The notes: generated from the sequence alone by a model not told the origin. A stretch of 63,244 bases of DNA, filler included, from 14 parts of 14 records of this genome joined end to end with filler, not necessarily neighbours in it, one strand, 5' to 3'; shown: positions 43,520-56,000, numbered from the whole stretch's first letter. Program-made: numbers and translations.

Positions 43520-43770
43520 GATATGGCAACGGCGACGGGGTCGGGGCGAAATAGGCCCAGTGACAGGTTTAGTGAAGGAGCGACCACCTTGGTCCACCGA
43601 GTGAGTGGGCAGACACAGACAGCGACAATGGTGTGGCGATTGGACCAATAAAGTCATTCTGCCTATGGCAAATGGTCGTTATACACGTATGGCTCAAGAA
43701 GGCTGCACCGATGCCCAAGAACCATCGATGTGCAGCGTGCTACCGGGTATTGCTGACGACGGGAGGCCTG

Positions 43771-44466
43771 CTAGTGTAAGGCGTCCGTTCCTTGCGCTCC
43801 AGGGCTCTGCTGCTCGCCAGCCTTCAGATACTTCCACATCTCCGACCTCCGGCACGCAATGATGCCGTCTAGTTCGATCCTGAAATCGCCCGGCTCGCCG
43901 GCTGCGAACAGGCCCAGGCTATCTACGTGGCGCGTGTCCATGGTGTGCTGCTGTTCTAGCATGAAACCCTCGTGCGTTTGGTTGAATCTAGAGAACGGTA
44001 GCGTCAGCTGTCCCCACTCGCCGTCCTCAGCCTCCGCGGGACGCTGGAAGGCCGACTGGTATAAGCCATCCGTCCAAGCTCCTGCGGAACCGACGTTAAA
44101 TAAGTACAGCCGGTCGTCGGCGCGGACTCGCAGCATGAATGCATCGTAGTAGCCGAGATTGGTGTCCTTCGTCCGCCCAGCGTAGCGGATTCCACAGAAG
44201 CCGCCACGCTTGAGAACTTGACTGCCGCCGATGTCATCGTTGATCGTCCCCTCGAAAACGCCGAAGCCGTTCGGCCCCATAGACAGCGATGCCTCTGACG
44301 CGCCCCCATATGTACGGTCGAGCACCAGCTCCCACGGCGCCAGGTCCTCCTCGCTCCGAAAGGTGTGGATGAGCTTCACCGGCTCGTGCACCTCTGTGAG
44401 AGGATCTTTTACCACGTCAACAACACGCGCAAAGCGTCTCCGAAGTTCGGCTGCCAAGCGTGCCAT
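43771..44466 (-). CDS. NDUFAF1: Complex I intermediate-associated protein 30 (CIA30/NDUFAF1) family
   Basis: WELVLDRTYGGASEA, GVFEGTI, RGGFCGIR, LRVRADDRLY, LPFSRF and PGDFRIELDGI. The Arg-rich N-terminus from ATG 44466 suits a mitochondrial presequence. Confidence 0.85.
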   Translation of the reverse strand: MARLAAELRRRFARVVDVVKDPLTEVHEPVKLIHTFRSEEDLAPWELVLDRTYGGASEASLSMGPNGFGVFEGTINDDIGGSQVLKRGGFCGIRYAGRTKDTNLGYYDAFMLRVRADDRLYLFNVGSAGAWTDGLYQSAFQRPAEAEDGEWGQLTLPFSRFNQTHEGFMLEQQHTMDTRHVDSLGLFAAGEPGDFRIELDGIIACRRSEMWKYLKAGEQQSPGAQGTDALH

Positions 44467-44790
44467 GACTCCAGGTCTCCAGTTCACCTCCGCGGCCACT
44501 GTAGAGTGGCGGGCTGCCCCTGCACCAAGTCCACGCGGGCCGGCCAGCCAGCCAGCAAGCCAGATCGTGCGGTGACCGGAGCCCAAAAAGCGCTGTCCCT
44601 CACATTCACCGGCAGCACTTGTCCTGCAAACCTAACAGCCGGAGAGCCTGACCATCGCCCTCAGACCGTCTAGCTACGGTAGTGTCTGGCCTCGGTAAGC
44701 AGCTCGGCCCACAGCAGCAGCTGTCCCGCCTGCCCACGACCACAAGATCTACAAGCGCCGGAGTATATTCATTCATTTTATAGCTTATAC

Positions 44791-44811
44791 TACTAGATCT
44801 AGTACTAGTAC
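44791..44811. promoter_or_regulatory. Palindromic TACTAGATCTAGTA plus overlapping GTACTAGTAC between divergent genes
   Basis: Perfect 14-bp and 10-bp palindromes in an AT-rich patch between CIA30 (-) and the FN3 gene (+). The regulatory role is inferred. Confidence 0.45.
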
Positions 44812-45065
44812 CAAGTACGGGAGGCTGACCGACAGAATCAAATGATCACCGCAGGGCGCACTCGAGGCTAGGTGAGGATCAATCCAGAATCCTCAGCAGA
44901 GGCAAAACAACAATGATTTCAGTGGTTATCCGCGAGAAAAGTCAGCGACTCGAGGCGGTCAGAGGGTCTCCTGAATTTATCAGTTGGTTTTCCCTAATCC
45001 AAACGATTCCAACCCAGCCTGTTCGTGAGCACGTGGCCGCCGGCTTCCTATCCACTGCAGCCGGT

Positions 45066-46583
45066 ATGTGGCAGCTCCGGCTCGCCGTAGTGCTGTGTGC
45101 TGGCGCTGCCCCAGTGGCAGCTAGTGGTCTGGTGGCAGAGCGTGTGGAGCCAGCGGCTGGGCGGTGCCTCTCGCAGTCCTCGGCCTCGCTCACCGTGTCA
45201 TGGCCGAGAGTAGGCACGGCTGACCTGTATGATGTGGAGTATGCGACGGTGGTCGCCGGCGACTATGCATTTGACCGGTTTTGGTCGCAGACTACCTACT
45301 GCGACACAGATGGTCTGCCAACCCAGCAGTGCAGAGCTATGCTCGAGGACCTGCTACCTGCCACCGCCTATGTCCTGCGCATGCGAGCACACTCGGCGGC
45401 AATCTCATCACTTGCCATCGGCTGGAGCAACTTCTCCGCTAGCTGGAGCTGTTCGACGAAGCCGTTGCTTGCGCACGCGCCCGGGATACCAGTCCGTAAC
45501 GGGTCGCTTTCGTTGAGTGCCATTTCTCTGCGCTGGAGCGCTGCTTCCACTGTGCAGGCTCGCCGATTGACAGGCTACACTGTAGAACACCATGATGACG
45601 ACCAAAACTGGATTGTGCTGAAAACTGTTGATGCGCCGGCGGTCGGCACCACGCTCTATGGGCTCAACCCAGCGACAGCATACACTCTGCGTATAGTTGC
45701 GCACAGCACAGCGATTGCCAGCACTGGCGTGGTCTTGTCGACTGCTGGCGAGCCGTCGACGCTGCGCACTGCAAATCCGAAGCAACGAATGTTGACAGTG
45801 TGGCGGGTCACTGATTTCCTCGCGAACGAGCGAACGATCGACTATTTAGGCGACCACGACGGCGGCAGTGCAGATGGTGTCAGTCTGTTCATGGCAGGGA
45901 ATCAAAATAACGCCGGTTGGGAGCCGTTCGACATTCGCGAAGCCACGTTGGCGCTGTATTGTGTTGCTGTTGACGCTAGTCATGGGTTTGCGCCTTATGC
46001 GAGCTGCAACACTCGAGCTGCTGGAGAGCCACCGAGTTGCGCGTGCGAGAACTTCGCGGACCGGCAGATTGGCCACCAGGGAAATATCTCTATCGCTCGC
46101 GACTGTGGAGCTCCTGGCCAGGGCGATACATTGACTGACGGATCACGCAAACCGAGCACGTGTAGTTGTTCGAACGAGTCGCTGGCACAATCACGCGCGT
46201 ATGTTGGATCGCAGCCTGTGTTCTGGCCCTGGCCAGGTGCCTGGCAGTGGGGACCGACTGGTGCTGATGGTTATCCGCAAAATATTCCGTCCGGTACTTG
46301 GTATTCATTCCCTGCCGATGCAGAGTGTCGTGACCCTGCTTCCAAGGACTGGTTAGAGCCCTTATGGAACGGAAGCAGCTGTTCTTGGGCGGCGGCGCAT
46401 TTGACGAAGGTAGTCAGAGGTTCGCAGCTCATCAGAGCTGGATGGAATACTTCCAACAGCACAAGCGTCCCAGACTATCACAGTTGGTCTCCTGCGCATG
46501 AGCAGGTACTTGGCAATGCGAAGATCATGACCGCCGCAGCAGATTCATTGCTTGGCGCAGCCAATCGTTGCTGCGGATGCTGA
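45066..46583 (+). CDS. Secreted protein with two fibronectin type III domains and an uncharacterised Cys-rich C-terminal domain
   Basis: Signal peptide MWQLRLAVVLCAGA. LTVSW..YDVEY..LEDLLPATAYVLRMRA and ISLRW..GYTVE..LYGLNPATAYTLRIVA. Confidence 0.85.
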   Translation: MWQLRLAVVLCAGAAPVAASGLVAERVEPAAGRCLSQSSASLTVSWPRVGTADLYDVEYATVVAGDYAFDRFWSQTTYCDTDGLPTQQCRAMLEDLLPATAYVLRMRAHSAAISSLAIGWSNFSASWSCSTKPLLAHAPGIPVRNGSLSLSAISLRWSAASTVQARRLTGYTVEHHDDDQNWIVLKTVDAPAVGTTLYGLNPATAYTLRIVAHSTAIASTGVVLSTAGEPSTLRTANPKQRMLTVWRVTDFLANERTIDYLGDHDGGSADGVSLFMAGNQNNAGWEPFDIREATLALYCVAVDASHGFAPYASCNTRAAGEPPSCACENFADRQIGHQGNISIARDCGAPGQGDTLTDGSRKPSTCSCSNESLAQSRAYVGSQPVFWPWPGAWQWGPTGADGYPQNIPSGTWYSFPADAECRDPASKDWLEPLWNGSSCSWAAAHLTKVVRGSQLIRAGWNTSNSTSVPDYHSWSPAHEQVLGNAKIMTAAADSLLGAANRCCGC

Positions 46584-46709
46584 CCCTTAGCGGCTCAGCA
46601 GCTGCTGCAGCCAAACGGGCTAGGAGGCAGAGGCCAATGGTAGGTGGGTCTTGATGTGACTGAAGCAACCAATCAATTCCTGGTCCGTATTCGTGCCATA
46701 GTGGTTCAT

Positions 46710-48840
46710 TTATGCGTTCGCCCAGCCACCCCTAGTGACGTCAGGTCCCCTCGTTCGGCTGCCTACTCGACGGGTGGCCTCCACTGCGCGCACAGCACCT
46801 TTCATCTTGCGCCGGCGCACCGGCGGCTCCGGTTGGCGCACACCATTCGCTTCGTCCTCAGCCCCTTTCTCCTACGCAACGGACAGCAGGCAAAATAAAC
46901 CGTTTTAGCGTCTGTGCTGCTGTCCAAGTGTGAGGAGTCATGCGCGCGCCCAAGCATCCCAACCGAACGATGCAGTTGTTGTGCTGTACGTAGGTATCAA
47001 CGCAATAGAAGAGCGTCACACCTCTGCCTCGGCGCGGAGCTTCTTGGTCGCCAAGTGTGCGTTCACCATTAGGTAAGCATTCTGCCAGCGGCGCCTGATT
47101 TTGCGCAAACGGTGTCGTTTTGCGCACTTCCATGTGGACACGACTAGGCCTACAAACAGGATACCTGGCACCGCCATGCGTACATCGTGAGTCAGGAACT
47201 CGTCAATATCACCAGTCAACAGGCGTAAAAGATTCCACATTTAATTGCAAAAGATAAAACTCAGAGCGGGGGAGGGTAAGACTGCAAGGCAGTGTTTAGA
47301 CGCGCACCGACGCCGATGATGCTTAGCAACACCCAAAGAGTCGAGGGCACCACTCCATTGAGAGTAAGCACGCCCACCAGATCTCTGCATGGATGGCACA
47401 GCAGTCGCAACACATTCAGGCATGGGAAGTCGGTGCAAAGTGGCTAGAGTACAGCCGCATGGTGTTGGCGATCCTTGGTCTGGTGGATTTGCATAGGGGG
47501 CAGGCAACACCAGGAATAATGGCATGCGTGCTGGAACGCAAGCGAGCTACCAGCGACATGTTTGCAAGTGCGCACGTAGGCCTTCCGTCCGGATCTGCCC
47601 CTCCGACAATCAAGATGTGCTCATAGCCCGGGTTGCCCCAAACCAGTGACCCGTGATAAGACCGCATGGGAGCAGGTTCATCCCCGAGTCGTTGTTCCAT
47701 CCAAAGGTTCTTGTTTGTGGGGACAGTGCGAATGGTAGTTGTCGTAGTCATGGTTCCACTGCCGTCTCCCATGGACTCAGACATCGATCTGGTCGTCGAT
47801 ACCTCCTCTGCGTCGAACGTGAACACCCAAACATCGTCGAAAAAGCTATCCGTGCCCGCTGGCGCACCGCGGTCCGAGCCACCGTAAAGCACCATCCCAC
47901 CAGCCACAGGTTCCACTGCAGCTCCGTAGCGCGCAACTGGCGGCGGCTCGTCCGGCGTGTTATCCGTACGCAACTGCGTCCACAACGACGTCGACGGATC
48001 GTACGACCACATATCGCTCGTCGGCGAGGTACCATCCCAGCCCCCTAGAAGACCGACCTTGCTATCAAACTCCAGCATATTGTGGCCGATGCGAGCGGAC
48101 GGGCGTAAACTCAGCGGACGATGGCGCTGCCAGCCGGCGCTCATGACGTTGCCGTTGACGACGACTGCCTCGTCGGAGTTGTAGCTCCACAGCTCGCCGG
48201 TGACTGCACTTTGACCACAGCCCGAGATCCAACCGCCGAATATCCACATTGTCATGCCAAGTGCCATGCTCGTGTGCCCAAACCGCTTGATCGGCCACAG
48301 GCGCCCATCCGTATCGCACGTGGCCGTGGATGAATTGAGCGGCCGTGATACCATCGACCAGTGGTCACGGAAATCATACACCCACAGGTCGTTCATTGCA
48401 TCCGCCAAATCGCCCTCATCCCCCGCGCCACCGAACAGCACCACGTGCCCGTCTGCGAGCGCCGTCAGGCTGTGGTCGCTGCGCGCGGCGGGCCAGGCGC
48501 CTGTCGCCTGAATCTGCTCCCACACGGGTGCGTCTGTCGGATTGTATGGCACAGAACCGGCCGTGTCAGGGTCCGCCTCGATCTCGATGCTGGGCAGGGG
48601 CAGGAAGCTCAGGCTAGCCGTCCACATGTCGGACCGCACGCCCTCCGTGTCACTGCCGCCAAATATCATGATCTTCGGATCCGAGTCGAGGTAACCCACA
48701 CGCTCTAACAGCGCGACTGCACTCTTCGCTCGAGGCGGCGGCCAGCCTTCAAGCGATGCCCACTCCGTCCAGACCACATCGCCGACCACACACTGCATGT
48801 GCGCCGCGCATAACAGCTGGAGCAGGCGTGTGGTCCGCAT
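46710..48840 (-). CDS. Type I membrane Kelch-repeat beta-propeller protein, 4 exons
   Basis: Signal peptide. About six xFGG..D(L/M)W repeats. Exons 48840-47576, 47384-47308, 47164-47067 and 46871-46710 add TM LWVLLSIIGVGILFVGLVVS and a basic stop-transfer segment. Confidence 0.82.
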
Positions 48841-48927
48841 GCCCGAACCCAAAAGCTCCCTGCGACCAACCAGGCCGACAGCCACAGCAGCAACCCTCCA
48901 CAAGGCAAAGCCTCGTGCGCTCCGCTA

Positions 48928-48957
48928 CAGCAGCAGCAGCAGCAGCAGTAGCAGCAG
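48928..48957 (+). repeat. (CAG)n microsatellite at contig end
   Basis: CAG x7, TAG, CAG x2. A (CTG)n run also ends the window at about 63225-63244. Confidence 0.9.
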
Positions 48958-49140
48958 NNNNNNNNNNNNNNNNNNNNNNNNNNNNNNNNNNNNNNNNNNN
49001 NTTAATTAATTAANNNNNNNNNNNNNNNNNNNNNNNNNNNNNNNNNNNNNNNNNNNNCTGCGTTCTTGTACGCGCGCTCGGTAGTCGCTATATTCATCGA
49101 TGAACAGTTTTGTGTACACTACCGGTACAGTGGCGTACAA

Positions 49141-49156
49141 GTACTAGATCTAGTAC
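49141..49156. promoter_or_regulatory. Perfect 16-bp palindrome GTACTAGATCTAGTAC upstream of a gene
   Basis: Contains the same 14-mer as 44791-44804 on a different contig. Function is inferred. Confidence 0.45.
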
Positions 49157-49426
49157 CCTGACTGGGGAGGGTACGCGGTACGGGCCGGTGCGACTCGGTA
49201 GCGCGAGCGGCTGCGAGTGATGGTGGCACGGGTAGCAGGGGCGGATCAGGGCTGAACTGTCGCACCTGTAGACCTGTAGCCGGTGATGCAGCTGCAGTGG
49301 GCGCAGACGTGGAGGCCTGCTCGCTCAGCGATGCTCTGATGCAGCACTAGCGCGCCACGTTCCTCGAATAGCAGTGGTGATGGCGCAGGGATAGTTGGTG
49401 CGTCTGCATGCGTACGTGCTCGCTGC

Positions 49427-50686
49427 TTGGTGGATAATGGGCCGCGGCACCCGCAGTGGTGCCCGTTCTGTGGTGCCGCCAGAGAGGATGTGTGGGCTGT
49501 AGTTGGTGAAGTGGTGCCAATGCCGCCCGACCCCAGAGGAGCCTCCACTTACGGCGGGTGGCTGCAAAGCTATGAGTCGGGGCTGCTCTCGCGCAGAGAC
49601 GGCGCGATCCACGTGACCTTGCCCGAGTCGGAAGAGCAACTGACGCTGGCGGAGTACAATCCCGCACATGTCCGGAAGACCACTGAGCTAGATCTTCTCC
49701 CAGCACCACAGCGAATATCGCGACTGCGCAGCTGGCTAGACCACGAGCGGCCGCCGCCCGCGACCCCGGAGCCTGTTTACGCCAGTGCGAGCTACGACGA
49801 CGTATCGCGCCGGGCGTCATATCAAACCATGACGCAGGCCGTCCGTGGTTCGTCGCTGCGGCCCGTCCCAACTTCCGAGAGCGACGGGACACCGAGCCAA
49901 GTGCGGGCTGCGTCTCGGCGCGGGGGAGACGGGGAGCGCTCCAGCTTGCCTGCACTGTCCCGGGGAGCTGCGCCCAGGGCGCGACGTCAGCGCCGTAGGC
50001 GCAGCAACCTGTGCGACCAGCGGGCCACCGGGTTCAAGGAAGACGCTAGGTGGAAGCTGCACGCTGGATATGACCCGCTCATGTCAACAGAGGAAATTTT
50101 AGCGCTAGGAGAGCTGGATGACTCGGAGGAGCAGCTAGTGCAAAGCGTGATGTCGCAGCAGGCGCAAGAGGAGACTTTCTGCACGTGGCTGCTCAACCGG
50201 CCGCTACTCGAGCCCATTCTGGGCAACGCGACACTGTCGCTGCAGAAGAGTTTGGATGCGCTTGCGGAAGCGACAGTCTTCGCAGTGGAGCAGCGTTCTC
50301 AGCAGTTGGAGATGCCAAAGCAGGAGTGGGTGCAGTTCGCACGGAAAAAGGCTCACGTCTCGAACCGCGAGTTTAACACCATCTGGAAAGCGTACCGAAA
50401 ATATCGGGAAAGCAGTGCTTCTCAAAGGCAAAACCGGAAACAGAAGGCCAAAGCAGACGTCGATAGGGCATGGCACGTAACTGCAGCCACCACCTACGGC
50501 AAGCCTCTGGTCACGCGCTTGGCAGACAAAAAGACCTTCCGCCGTCGCGAGACTAAACTGTCTGTGGCCCAGCAAAAGGTTGATCAGTCGAAGTCTGTGT
50601 GGGCCGATCCCATCAAGCCACCTTCCGTTTCATGGTTTAGCCGACATAGCGCTGACATGCCAATTGGGGGCGATGGAAGGCGGTAG
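49427..50686 (+). CDS. Uncharacterised protein (start uncertain)
   Basis: 419-codon ORF with WCPFCG near the N-terminus and a basic helical C-terminal half. No family recognised. Confidence 0.6.
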   Translation: MVDNGPRHPQWCPFCGAAREDVWAVVGEVVPMPPDPRGASTYGGWLQSYESGLLSRRDGAIHVTLPESEEQLTLAEYNPAHVRKTTELDLLPAPQRISRLRSWLDHERPPPATPEPVYASASYDDVSRRASYQTMTQAVRGSSLRPVPTSESDGTPSQVRAASRRGGDGERSSLPALSRGAAPRARRQRRRRSNLCDQRATGFKEDARWKLHAGYDPLMSTEEILALGELDDSEEQLVQSVMSQQAQEETFCTWLLNRPLLEPILGNATLSLQKSLDALAEATVFAVEQRSQQLEMPKQEWVQFARKKAHVSNREFNTIWKAYRKYRESSASQRQNRKQKAKADVDRAWHVTAATTYGKPLVTRLADKKTFRRRETKLSVAQQKVDQSKSVWADPIKPPSVSWFSRHSADMPIGGDGRR

Positions 50687-50912
50687 AAGGCGGTGTACTG
50701 AGCTGGCCCGTGGAGGCTCGGGCACCGCGCCCATTTGGTCGCACACTCCAATATGCTTATGGCGCATTGCTACTTTGCCCGTGATAGTACAGCATTTTGA
50801 AGCGATGGGCGCGCAACGAAGAAAGTCGATTCATCTCTCGCGGCGTCAAAAAACGATTGTTGCCTGCGAGCACTTTAACAACATTACTTTGAATTACTGC
50901 AATACAAGCCAA

Positions 50913-52940
50913 TCAATCAGATTTGTCTTGCGCCTGTGTTTCCGTGCGTCTCCGTAGCGTGATTGCAAGGACAAATAACACGAACAGCACAGAGCAAGCT
51001 GCTCCAACTGCAAACACATACCGGTACCTGCGCAAAGCAAATGAACAGCCCGAAGCGCAATGTTAGAGTGCAACTAATTAAGTCCCCGACCGGCAAGAAT
51101 ATCGGTCTGCAGAACGGCACGCGGTTATCTGCGAAGCACGAGGTCGCTAGTGTACACACCCGACAGCTTCAGCAAGCAGTCCAGATGTGATCGACGGTAT
51201 TGATTTGCCAGCTAGCTCTACAGTAGACAACATCGTGTAGTGTGTTGCTCCTGTCGAGAGCACCAACGCAGCACATGTCAGCCGCTAACCAGCGGATGCA
51301 ACACACCTGGTAGGTGCAACGGCTATCTACAATTGCTGCCCGGGGGTTGCTCGCGCACCGATTGATTTGTCAACACTTGCCATCATGTACGTAAAGATGA
51401 TCGTCGTAAGCAGTCCTCCACAAAATGACTCGTACATGATCAGCGCCTGCAATGCCAATTGCCCATGCTCGGAGGACAACACTCCCGCACTTGCACATGC
51501 TGCACAAAATCGGCCTATCTGGGCCACAGCTTCAAGTGCAGACGCCAAGGTCACCGCACTAAGCAGCACGGAATTGCTTCCACCCGCCACTTGTTCCGTA
51601 ACGGTTCTGTCTGATTCCTGATGGCCGCAACGGTTAGCCAGTTGGTTCACCACGAATCCGCCAGCTAACGACCCAGCCGTCGAGAAGCCCATCCCATAAA
51701 CACCGGTCCACATCGATATCTGCGCCTTTGAGAAGCCTTGGTCGAGTAGGTACGGCTTGAACATGTTGTCTGAGACTGCTTCGCCGAATTTGTAAGAGAA
51801 GACGATCAACAGCGTCGTCAAACCGCCCGGAGTCTGCACCTGACGCCACAATGTGCTCATCACACCCCTAACGGATGACTCTGAACGCTGTAAAGTTGCG
51901 ACGGACGCTGCCGGCTCCCCAATACTACCATCTCTTGGGTCGGGCGGAGGCGATGACACTGCCCGTTCAATTCGGTCAGTCTCAGGTCGTTTGGGGGACG
52001 GTGACGATGTTGCCCTTGCCAACACGTGCCCATCGACCGGATGATATTCGGTTGGGGCTGCATAATTGCTGCCAAACGGATTTCTCGGCACTGTAGAATC
52101 TTGCGACTCAGCCATGCTATGTGCACGGTCGTCGGCTACCGTAGCCTCCGGATACAAAGCCAACGGGATCAGCGCAAGCGCCTACATGCAACCGCACGAA
52201 CACCACAAGTTCAAACATTATCGTCATGGAAGATGTGGTGCATAAATTTGCGGCAGTGGAAGACGTACAACGATGCCCGCCATGCACACGAAAAAGCCTG
52301 GCCAGGCCATGCCAGTTAGCTCGGCAATTTGCAACAACACTCCGCCGCCGATGATCATGCCCATTTTGTAGCCAACAGTTTGCGCGACGCTGTGCGTGAC
52401 ACCACAACGGCCCGCCGCGTCCAATCAGCAACAGGCATGCATCAACTGCCGGCCATGGCGGGGCTACGGAAACAGCTGCGTCTATCGGAGAAATGTCGCA
52501 CTCACTTTCCCCATCCCAACTCGTTCTCTCCGGCCAGCATATCGAGCGCGAGGCCGTCCACAGCCACGTCCATGGTCGCCGTGCAGATGTTCATTGCCAA
52601 GATCACGGGCATGAGCAGCTCGACGGTATCCTGCAGGACCGGCAAGCGCACCGTGAGCCAGTGTGCATAGACAAGGCCTGAGGGGACGGACTCGATGGGG
52701 AGTCACGCACGAAGATGGCTGCTGCGAGCAGGCAAGCAACGATAAGGCAGCACTGCATTGGCAGGATCCAGACTCTCCGCCGTCCCCACGGTGATGTAGC
52801 GCCCCACCGGTCTACAAGCGGCGATACGAGGAACTTGCACGTCCATGGTACTGACAGCAGGTTTGCGTATCCGATGTGCCGAAGTGTGAACCCGCGCTCG
52901 CGCAGCAGCAGCGGGAGGGATTTGCTTTGAAAGCCGAATG
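50913..52940 (-). CDS. MFSD3/AmpG-like major facilitator transporter, multi-exon, 5' partial
   Basis: Spliced product has FGFQSKSLPLLLRERG, VPWTCKFLVSPLVD, RRRVWILPMQ, ATMDVAVDGLA, QTVGYKMG, SYKFGE, KPYLLDQG and GATHYTMLSTVELAGK. Confidence 0.85.
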
Positions 52941-53070
52941 NNNNNNNNNNNNNNNNNNNNNNNNNNNNNNNNNNNNNNNNNNNNTTAATTAATTAANNNN
53001 NNNNNNNNNNNNNNNNNNNNNNNNNNNNNNNNNNNNNNNNACCGAAGCCCAACCACTACTTGGGAGGCAG

Positions 53071-56000
53071 ATGACAACATACGGGACCGTGGGACCTGGC
53101 CAAATGGGTCCAGAAACGCAGCCAGAGCCGACGCTCGAACCAGATGAGATGCCGGGACCTGCCAAGCCAAACCCTGATGTCGTGATATGTCCAGTTTGCC
53201 AATTCAGCATGACCTGGGGTCTCAACAGTGGGCACTCGTACGTGTGCAACGTATGCAAAGACCACAGGATAGGCGAGCGCTGGGTGTGTCAGACATGTTC
53301 TGGCGACCAGTGCGCAGACTGTAACCCACGGGTTAACCTGCCGCCGAAGCTTGTCTGTCGGCGGCGGTTCAACGACTTTTACATCGATCGTTTTGAGGCA
53401 GAGAGCCAGGAAGGATACGTTCAGGATTTTGACGAGTGCCATTACGACTCGGCGGCGAGTGATAGCGATGCTGTCGAAGTGCGTGTGTTCGTTCACGAAG
53501 CAAAGGAGCTGGTGCCACAAGATGGCTCAACGAGCGATCCTTACGTAGTCGCGAAATGCTTCGGTAAATGGAAGAAGACGTCCGTTGCACCACCTGGGAT
53601 TGAGGGCGTGTTTGATGAAGAGCTGCAGTTTGTAGGGACGCAGGTAGACCTCACGGGGGGGATGCTGACGCTAGAGTGCTGGGACAAAGACCTTCTTACA
53701 CGAGACGACTTGATCGGGACATTTTCGTTCGACCTAGGCGAGGTGCGGAAGCGCGAGGATAAAGAATACTATAAAGCATGGGTAGGACTCTTCAACCCCA
53801 ACGAAGAGGGCGAGCAGGGCAAGCTGTGCGTCAGTGTGACGATATTGGAACCAGGAGATGAATTGCCTGACAGGCCTGGTAAGGAAACACCCGAGAATGC
53901 CGACACCGCAGAATATCAACTTCGGGTTAAGATACACCAAGCTGAGGGGGTCCCGCGGACGGATGGGAACCTTGCGAATTCGTGTGTCTCTTTGCTGTGG
54001 GCAAATCAACATACTCAAACCAAAGTTGCCGACAATACCCTCTCGCCGGAGTGGAACGAGGAACTGACTATGAAGGTGCTGGTTGAGCAGAGCGTCGACG
54101 CACCACCTAGAAGTGATACGGTCTTGGTGCGTCTGCGCCAAAAGAATCGGATTGGGATTAAGGAGGTTGCTCAGGGGTTTGTGTTTCTCAGCGACATTCA
54201 GAACAAGCAGTGGGAGCAGCCATGCTGGTTAAACTTCTATGGGGCTGCACGAAAGTATGATGACCCCTTTGTCAAAAAGCCCGCTAAGTCAGAGGTTGCC
54301 AGTATGATGAATGAAGGCAAAATGTCGGGGCTCATGTATCGAGGCCGTGTGCTTCTGTCAGCAACAATGGTTGAATCACTGTCCGACGTGGCAGCCTCGC
54401 GTGTAGCAAATGGACCTGCCGACAACAAGCCAGTATCTGTCCCAACGACTACATGGTACTATCTCAAAGTGGCGGTCGTGTCTGGTTGTGACTTACCAGA
54501 TCGCTCGGCGCTTGCAGTTCGTGTGACTTGGGGCTTGCCAAAGTCAGGGTTCAAAGGGGCCAAGTTTGGACAGGGAAGGCATAAAGACGGTCGTGATGCA
54601 GCCGGCGTGGATGCTTGGACTCAGGCAGAAAGTTCTTCAGGTGGTATGGCCCAGTGGGACCGTTTACTGACCCTCAGGGGTGAATGGCCAATAGATCTGA
54701 CTCAAGTTCCGGATATTTTCGTCGAGTTGATTGACACTGAAGAGAACAAACGGATGTACTGCCTTCGTCTTGAGATAGACCACCCGTTTATCCGGAGTCC
54801 TAAACAGATGGTGCCGCAGCGTAGATTTGGTCCACCGACTTTGGACTGTGACTGGTTTGACACTCAGCTTGATCCAGAGCACGCACAGAAGCATGATGAT
54901 TGTGAACCGCAATTACTATTGAGCTTGGGAGTGGAGTGCGGTCGCACACCAGCTGACCGCACGATAAAGTGCCCACATCTGCGCGACAACTTGACAGTGT
55001 CCCCTGGAGAACAGCAGACTATTGCTGTCGGTGCAACAGAGATTGAACATTCCTGGTGGCCTGTAGATGATTTGGTGCATGGAAAAGGTGGCCTAGACTC
55101 TACACCTGAGATGGCTGGAATGAAAGCCGGCCCGAAGTTGGAAAAGATGCAAAGAGATTTGGCGGAACTTGCAACACTTCGAAGCCTGTCTCTTGATGAT
55201 CTGCGCACCCAGGCGGTTGCTGAAGGAGTTGGCCCTGCACGAATGCGGGATGCTGCTGCATTCGTGGATCACCTTGGTCAGCCGCTGAATTCTAGCATTC
55301 GTAGCCTTCACAGCACAGCAGAGGGGGCAGCACTGGCGAACCTACTCACAAAACGGTTGGCTGATGCAGCAGAGTGTCAGGCAAAGATCAGATGCCATGT
55401 ATACCAAGCGAGAAGTCTCGATGCCGGGTTCAACTCTGACGACTCCGAGCTGTATGCCGAGGCACGGATGTGGGACGCAGATGGGGAAGCGCATGCGGTG
55501 CGCTCGAAGACTGTGAAGACAACCAGTCGTTCTGTCAAATGGTTTGAGACGCTTGAAATCAACGACGTAGCGATCACAGGACCAAATACACAGAGCATTC
55601 AGGTTAGGATGGGGCCCGACATGGTGATTGCTGTCTATCAAGTCTCAAAGCGTGGGAAGAGACGACAAGGACAGCGGCGTTCACTGGATACGAAGGCGAG
55701 CGCGAGCATGATTGGGAGGATGCGAGTTCGTCTGTCTGTGATGGAGGCTCGCTTCGAGGAGCCCGCATGGTACGCCTTGCGCGTGCCTGGTAGTGACGTG
55801 TGCGCCGGAGAAATTCTCGTTGGTTTCCAGTTGATCAGCTCCGAGGTTCCTCAGGTGTCACCACCACCAAGATTGGAGCCACGAGAAAAAAGCTTCGATT
55901 TAGATGTGACGATTGTTGGAGCTCGGTGCCTACAAGATAGTGCAGCTCTTCTGTTGACGGGTGTCAATGAATCCCTTGTAAAGTGGGAGCTCAATGACCA

